Positions 59,701 through 64,000 of a stretch of 64,000 nt of DNA are shown here, in pieces (the first letter of the stretch is position 1; each line of letters opens with the position of its first letter). The notes below the pieces were generated by a model, which did no database searches, had not been told where the DNA came from, and saw nothing but the letters and a program-made list of their open reading frames with translations. Position numbers and translations under genes: made by a program. Source of the stretch: Candidatus Heimdallarchaeum aukensis (lineage in GTDB: Archaea; Asgardarchaeota; Heimdallarchaeia; Heimdallarchaeales; Heimdallarchaeaceae); assembly GCA_021513695.1 (NCBI GenBank), contig CP084166.1, forward strand, positions 96,001 through 160,000, read 5' to 3'.

Positions 59701-61195
59701 ATAGTAAGAGAATTGAGATAGCTATTGTAAATTCAATCCAATGTATTCTAAAAACATATTGAAAGAAGTTTACTAAAGTTAGATCGTAAATAACAGGTCT
59801 TATAATACTGTTGAAAGATAAATTACTATTTGAATAAATTAAAACAGAAAAGACATTAGGTTCTACTATAACTTTGTTTTCTAGTTGAGTATCATGAAAT
59901 CTCTGTGTTCTACTAACTAAAAAAGTAGTAGGAGATTGAAAATTGATATGAGTCGAGTCGAAAACCGTAATGTTTGAAGTGAAAGGAATATCAATAAATT
60001 GTTGAGTAATATTTTTTCCATTATATCTTAAAATAGTAAATTCAGTAATTAAATCAGCCTTAGAATTACTTGAATTAAGAGGTAAGTGGGGATTAGGGTT
60101 GATTAAGAATGTTATTGACGAATCAAAAGAGTAGTGATACAAGTCATCATATGAATACATTCCCAATTGAAATTCACTAAAGTTTTCAAAAGAAAGACTT
60201 TCGTTCAATTTAAAATTATGAGTATAGAATGTTGATCCTTTAATTAGAGCCAAGTTTAGTGTAGTTTGATTAAATACCGATAAATAAACATCATAATCAG
60301 TATTGAAAAGAAGATAGTTACTTAAATAAGGGTCATCGTTTATGATATATATTCCAACTAGCCTTGTTGGGAAAAACATATACTTGTACAATGCAACTAA
60401 TTTTCCATCAACAAGTAGCAATGTTTGAATGCCATTATATTCTAAATCTGTAAACCAATTTTCAGTGCTTGAAGTTCCATTTAGAAAAACTGTTAATTTT
60501 TTAAATTTAGTCTTTGGGTGCTCATCCATTGCCGATTCAAACATTGGTTCTGCAAACAGCAAATAGAAAGAGTTTTCTATAAACTGAACATTATAGATAA
60601 AATAATTTCCAAAAAAACTTGAATGGTAAATCAAGAAATTACTTTTGTTTTGTTCTGATTCCCAAACATACATTTCAATATTGAATTGCCCAAAGTTTCC
60701 ATGATATGAATAGAACAATACTATTTTGTTATCAATTCTAAAGGTGTCAAAAATTGTTCCTGGACTTAAATCTGTTTTAATCTTTGATATATTTCCTTCA
60801 AACAAATGAAAGATAGTGAAGGATTGATTTTCTAATTCCATTTTTATGAATAAGTGTAATCTTTCTTGAGTGTCTAACACCGCTCTTGTTTCTAAATCTA
60901 CTATTGTTTCATAAGCTTGAAAATAACCTATAACCTCTTCTTTAACTTCTGGATTTTCAGTTATATCAGCACTTATTAGCAAAGAATTATAATTTAAACT
61001 TAATATAGACGCTATTAAAATAAACACGAAATATTTTTTTTCCATACCAATCTCCCATCGGATATGCCTTTTTTTGAACACTTTAAAATTTTCCTCTGTA
61101 AAAATATTTTTTAAATGAATAAATACTTCAAGAAAAGAATTTATATATTGCAAGTTCTTGTTAAGCAAAATGTCCTCAAAAACCTCTAAAGACAC
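56771..61195 (-). CDS. Giant ABC transporter permease, paralog 3. The likely true start is ATG at 61045 (MEKKYFVFILIASILSLNYNSL, a signal peptide).
   Basis: It has the same architecture as paralogs 1 and 2. It ends YQPMNLE*. The upstream extension to 61195 overlaps the divergent MFS gene, so it is probably not translated. Confidence 0.8.
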   Translation of the reverse strand: MSLEVFEDILLNKNLQYINSFLEVFIHLKNIFTEENFKVFKKRHIRWEIGMEKKYFVFILIASILSLNYNSLLISADITENPEVKEEVIGYFQAYETIVDLETRAVLDTQERLHLFIKMELENQSFTIFHLFEGNISKIKTDLSPGTIFDTFRIDNKIVLFYSYHGNFGQFNIEMYVWESEQNKSNFLIYHSSFFGNYFIYNVQFIENSFYLLFAEPMFESAMDEHPKTKFKKLTVFLNGTSSTENWFTDLEYNGIQTLLLVDGKLVALYKYMFFPTRLVGIYIINDDPYLSNYLLFNTDYDVYLSVFNQTTLNLALIKGSTFYTHNFKLNESLSFENFSEFQLGMYSYDDLYHYSFDSSITFLINPNPHLPLNSSNSKADLITEFTILRYNGKNITQQFIDIPFTSNITVFDSTHINFQSPTTFLVSRTQRFHDTQLENKVIVEPNVFSVLIYSNSNLSFNSIIRPVIYDLTLVNFFQYVFRIHWIEFTIAISILLLFIAIFYKKIVNQGKKLFRFLFRPIKTGKSKFVLVFLNLWVFIVSSLSLPFDLWRSNKKRAIITILGLSILAMIVFSSSSLFSYKQNMMIQQYLEDAHLEEDEKASATFSRMHNVLSARWGRVNEYSPFYENFSSAVMNEILSTIAFKTEVLKDIIIDSDYSMQMRILFKKDTESTVQSVESYYSLSTNYKDILGRILVSGRLPDKINEVIIDQTTATAFNKTINDTIVFVGADVSVGGLKERVNMTIVGIYEKPTEPSLFKMSRDYGLSYDLIEMISQYIGAITFNDFYLSSLKTMPVQHLKFDGIVQFFYDFSLVNSKNIGKLINDFDILQPSYDHPVKFDLGGSWVISTELKLVLQSLVPSYSSTQFLIVLLSIPVLYLALFLIFETNALFATSFDEEIKILRSKGLSTGKIVYLNTVMKFVESLIATFLGLGEAILIIPILLKLDRFVSFNLSSTMPSLKNLPLIFTISFFGLIIITLPLTIRMAKIKKEQIRDYNKFVSFLKKVKIGNFIIIAVGGGIIYGGLKLYLTFSENLSSSDNQLINIFVYIIGIGVMISLFGLGLILKDLHSFIMAVLSKTLWKIKKNIFTFSLVEVKTDLSLFNDIFLTYLLLVGIAVPAIAAPLTMQNGIIKDSYFMAGADMYISNYNNVNSSISDEIKILPEVIGICNVSQVDAMFGGRQLNLLVIQKASDFYNTAYKPSERFYKNWDDIIPQLDNDKEIIVSSNFKFFFDISEMKYSFDDVEVKIIDEFDYFPIIYPYGPRESGGTPMIVLTESNYEKIEESLTVFGVFGYRLLINVEEKTDIVQFSSSLEEKYNLEIINIVEEEQEIYRTNLPFYASIVSIFVFSLLICIISIVFTSMSNPLKILQRRMGKHDILKKMGIPNKLIIQMSSFELFMIGILPGIISGTAVGFTITEIIRRVLRSLRQEILPNPIQFPPVIAVIIFLVIPVMFFSIFYMTMKMQFARYQPMNLE

Positions 61196-62492
61196 AGAAA
61201 AATTAAGAAGTAAACTGAAAGACTTGTTATCAATACCCAGTTCTCTGTTAATAGTTTTTCTGACAACATTGTTAATGAGAGCCAGTTTTTATTTGGCAAT
61301 TGCAATCTTGAATTATCCTCATTATTTAACTCATCTTTCTTCAGTTCAAAAAACATGGATTTTTATTGTTTATCCATTAAGTGAATTATTAACTGTATTA
61401 TTTTTTGGAGTGCTATCTGATAAGATTGGGCGAAAGATTATTTATTACATTGGTCTAGGCACAACTGCGATAGCGATTTTATTATTTTCCTTTGTTTCAG
61501 AATTTGCATTATTATTGGTTGTTTCTTCAATATTGGGAATTGGTGCAGCTGCTCAAGTCGCCTCTACCTTATCTATTGTAGCAGATGAAGCTCCTGAAGA
61601 CAAAAGAGGGCGATTTATGGGTTTTTACGATGCGATGACACTTATAGGTTTAGGTTTAGGATTTGGAGGAGGTTTCCTCATTATGGAAATCTTGTTTGGG
61701 AATGAAGATGTTACGACGATGACTAGTTCCCAGCAAACTGAGTTTTACAAAAGAGTTGCAACAACGAGCGAAGTTCTTTTTGTAATTGCAGCTGTGTTGC
61801 TTTTTATTTCATTAGTAGTAGCAGTGGTATTGTTAAAAGGAAAACAATTTGTAAAATTCGGTAAAGAACAAACAATAAAAGAGAAGGTCAGTTTTATAAT
61901 TAAAGATAAAAATTTACGTTACTTGATGCCTGTTTGGGTACCAATAATCTGTCTTTATGCAATTGTATTGACTAATGCTGAAGAATTAGCTCACACACTG
62001 AACCTACATGACGTCAAACTACTTATCGTTCTTGCAGTTATTTTCGGTTCTATACTGATAGGCTTTCCTCTTAATGGAATATTAAGTGACAAAATAGGAA
62101 GAAAACCTTTTCTGTATATAGGCATGTTCTCTTTTGCCGGATTTGTTACAGTTCTAATAATTGGTGCAGAACAAGCTAAAGTTAACAATCCAAATCTACT
62201 ATTGTATCTATCTCCATTGATGTTTGTTCTAGGTATCGGTTGTGGAGCTTTTCCTCCAGCAGCACTAGCATTGTTAACTGATCTATCTCCAAAAGAAAAT
62301 TATGGGTCAAGTATGGGTGCTTATTCTGTAGTTTATGGAACTGGAATGATTATTGGTCCTCTCTCTGCAGAATATTCACAATCAGTTGGAGGTTTATTTG
62401 GATTAATCATTTTGATTTGGATTCTTTGTGCAATTAGTGTTGTTGGAACATTATTAGTTCCAAAACATCTTTTGAGCAAAGGATCTCATTAG
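61158..62492 (+). CDS. MFS transporter
   Basis: There are 12 predicted TM helices. The MFS loop motif occurs in both halves (LSDKIGRKIIYY and LSDKIGRKPFLY). Confidence 0.8.
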   Translation: MLSKMSSKTSKDTEKLRSKLKDLLSIPSSLLIVFLTTLLMRASFYLAIAILNYPHYLTHLSSVQKTWIFIVYPLSELLTVLFFGVLSDKIGRKIIYYIGLGTTAIAILLFSFVSEFALLLVVSSILGIGAAAQVASTLSIVADEAPEDKRGRFMGFYDAMTLIGLGLGFGGGFLIMEILFGNEDVTTMTSSQQTEFYKRVATTSEVLFVIAAVLLFISLVVAVVLLKGKQFVKFGKEQTIKEKVSFIIKDKNLRYLMPVWVPIICLYAIVLTNAEELAHTLNLHDVKLLIVLAVIFGSILIGFPLNGILSDKIGRKPFLYIGMFSFAGFVTVLIIGAEQAKVNNPNLLLYLSPLMFVLGIGCGAFPPAALALLTDLSPKENYGSSMGAYSVVYGTGMIIGPLSAEYSQSVGGLFGLIILIWILCAISVVGTLLVPKHLLSKGSH

Positions 62493-62533
62493 TTTTTCTA
62501 TTTTTTTTCTAATTAATAATTAAGTAACCTTTA

Positions 62534-63379
62534 TTATTTACTAAAATAAGCCGATTCTTCATTATTTATTTCTAATAGAATCTTAGCCATTTTTGGGAAT
62601 TCTGTAGGAGCTATTAAGCTAGCATTCTGACACCCAGTATTTACTAATATATAGACAAACAAATCAGAATAGTGCGCAATAACCTCTATATTCCCATTGG
62701 TAAAAGCTATTTTGTTTAAGTTTTCTTTTATTAAGATGGAAAATTTGATTTCGTTTAAAATTTTTAAAAGGTAGGTATGATCTGAATAAAAAATATTTGA
62801 AGTTGTTTTATGAAATAATAACTCATTTGTATATCTATCTAAAATAAAAAGATTATAGGGAGTATTTTCTACATATTTATCTACTCTATTGAAAAAATCT
62901 AGTTTCTTTGCTGAGTCAATGTTTAGATTGTAAATTCTTTCTTCTTCTCTTATTTCATAATCTTTTAGCACATCAAGAATCTGCATGAAGGGTTCTTTAA
63001 AGAGTTTTAAAAAGAAAGTACCATCTCCAAATTCACGATTAATTATCTCTTCATTTTCATAATCACTAAAAGTACTTGAAACTAGAAATCTAAAATTTTC
63101 CACTTCTTTTAAAAACACTCTTTCTCCTTTTTCGAATTCAATTCTTGCTACAAGAAAGAAACGATTATTAAAAAAAGGAATGTAAATCAGTCTTTCATCT
63201 CCCGCAATATCTAGGTAATTAATGGTTTTTCCAGTTAACTCAACTGAGAAGGATTGTAAAGCACTCATTAGAGCACCTATTAAATCAGGGTCGATAGGAA
63301 CAGATTTTCTTATTATCGCGTGATTTATTAGAATACCATCATTTGAAACTAACCACATTTCTTTAATCATTTTTTTCAC
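62534..63379 (-). CDS. Roadblock/LC7 (MglB-like) protein with tandem roadblock-type domains
   Basis: The N-terminal domain is MWLVSNDGILINHAIIRK...DLIGALMSALQSFSVELTGKTINYLDIAGDERLIYIPFFNNRFFLVARIE. The start is adjacent to the stop of the upstream GTPase gene. Confidence 0.6.
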   Translation of the reverse strand: MKKMIKEMWLVSNDGILINHAIIRKSVPIDPDLIGALMSALQSFSVELTGKTINYLDIAGDERLIYIPFFNNRFFLVARIEFEKGERVFLKEVENFRFLVSSTFSDYENEEIINREFGDGTFFLKLFKEPFMQILDVLKDYEIREEERIYNLNIDSAKKLDFFNRVDKYVENTPYNLFILDRYTNELLFHKTTSNIFYSDHTYLLKILNEIKFSILIKENLNKIAFTNGNIEVIAHYSDLFVYILVNTGCQNASLIAPTEFPKMAKILLEINNEESAYFSK

Positions 63380-64000
63380 TTATAGTTTTTTTATATATTC
63401 GATTATAGAATTAAAATTATTATTAGTTAGAGAAGAGTATACAATCAGATTTTTCTGTAAGAACGAAATTTCTTCCAGCTTTTTGCTTATTCTTTCAAAG
63501 TTTTTAGTTGTATTTTTAATATCACTTTTTGTTAAAATAAATGACATTCTAAGTTTATTCTCATCTTCAATTTTCTTCAGAATTGCAAAAATTCTTTCAT
63601 ACAAAGATTCTTTGTAGATAAAGCCATAGTCAAGAACAAAAAAGATCGCATCAAAGTTATTTTCGACTTTTTCATTTAGATAATATGAAATCAAATCCAT
63701 ATTTCCGCCAATTTCTGTAATTTTTAATTTTTTTCCAAGGAAATAAAATTGAGATGTGGAAATTCCGATATTATGAAGTTTAGTTCCCAAAAAAGCATTG
63801 TAATTTAATCTGTGAATAATACTCGATTTTCCACATTTACTAAAACCAATTAGTAGAATGTTGAGTTGTTTATTTTCCTTTCTTGAGATTGAATATTGTA
63901 CTTTGAATTGATTTTTTTGTCCAAAAGTAATTTTGGTAGAATATTGACCTAGAATTGAGCCTGTTGATTCAATTATTTTTCCAAAACCATCAAAAATGCT
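63380..64000 (-). CDS. Protein with a C-terminal small GTPase (Arf/Sar/Rag-like) domain. The ORF is open through the window end, so it is 5'-partial.
   Basis: The P-loop is LLIGFSKCGKSSI. Switch II is ITEIGGN (WDxGGQ-like). The NKxD equivalent is LTKSD. SSL is the SAK equivalent. The 210 bp upstream of the TTG at 63790 translate without a stop (SIFDGFGKIIESTGS...). Confidence 0.6.
   Translation of the reverse strand, partial: SIFDGFGKIIESTGSILGQYSTKITFGQKNQFKVQYSISRKENKQLNILLIGFSKCGKSSIIHRLNYNAFLGTKLHNIGISTSQFYFLGKKLKITEIGGNMDLISYYLNEKVENNFDAIFFVLDYGFIYKESLYERIFAILKKIEDENKLRMSFILTKSDIKNTTKNFERISKKLEEISFLQKNLIVYSSLTNNNFNSIIEYIKKL

Noticed and set aside
1-64000. Integrated mobile element or prophage
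   Set aside because: No integrase, transposase or att-like repeats were seen. The only long repeat is the in-gene tandem duplication.

Overview
This is a visibly AT-rich, densely coding 64-kb chromosomal segment that looks archaeal. Three things support that. Two promoters carry an AAAAAAATATAAA box about 27 nt upstream of the start codon, as in leaderless archaeal transcripts. There is a class II aaRS with the methanogen-type zinc-dependent SerRS pattern. Extracellular domains are rich in N-x-S/T sequons. Four roadblock/LC7-type domains and a small Arf/Rag-like GTPase point more specifically to an Asgard (Lokiarchaeia-like) genome, but that is inference only. I call about 40 genes. No rRNA, tRNA, CRISPR array or obvious mobile element was found by eye.

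The dominant feature is an unusual two-gene ABC transporter module present in three paralogous copies: 4164-14065 (+), 35260-41333 (+) and 55032-61195 (-). Each has a 1,430-1,470-aa permease and a 580-595-aa ATPase. The permease has a signal/TM anchor, a roughly 420-aa sequon-rich extracellular domain, and two tandem MacB/FtsX-type modules. The ATPase has two NBDs joined by a conserved linker. Copy 1 carries a perfect 3,810-bp tandem duplication (5531-9340 = 9341-13150) that creates a truncated ATPase and a 5'-truncated permease copy.

Other notable items:
- A Pro/Gly-rich protein with WH2-like repeats and an acidic tail.
- A GTPase-roadblock operon at the right edge, a TPR-roadblock fusion, and a frameshift-degraded membrane-roadblock gene.
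- A GNAT acetyltransferase fused to a roughly 940-aa unknown domain.
- A heterodimeric ABC exporter with a degenerate site.
- An RHH-like repeat protein next to paired TGTATGAT motifs.
- A surface protein with a cytoplasmic zinc ribbon and a 33-bp coding tandem repeat.

The remaining genes are housekeeping or accessory enzymes: an SDR, a CocE/NonD hydrolase, a HAD hydrolase, a DUF362-ferredoxin, a DAGK-like lipid kinase, an NAD-epimerase, an HD dNTPase-like protein, a nucleotide-sugar dehydrogenase, a KamA-type radical SAM protein, a beta-CASP MBL protein, a threonine aldolase and an MFS transporter.

All calls come from motifs read directly in the translations. No database search was possible.
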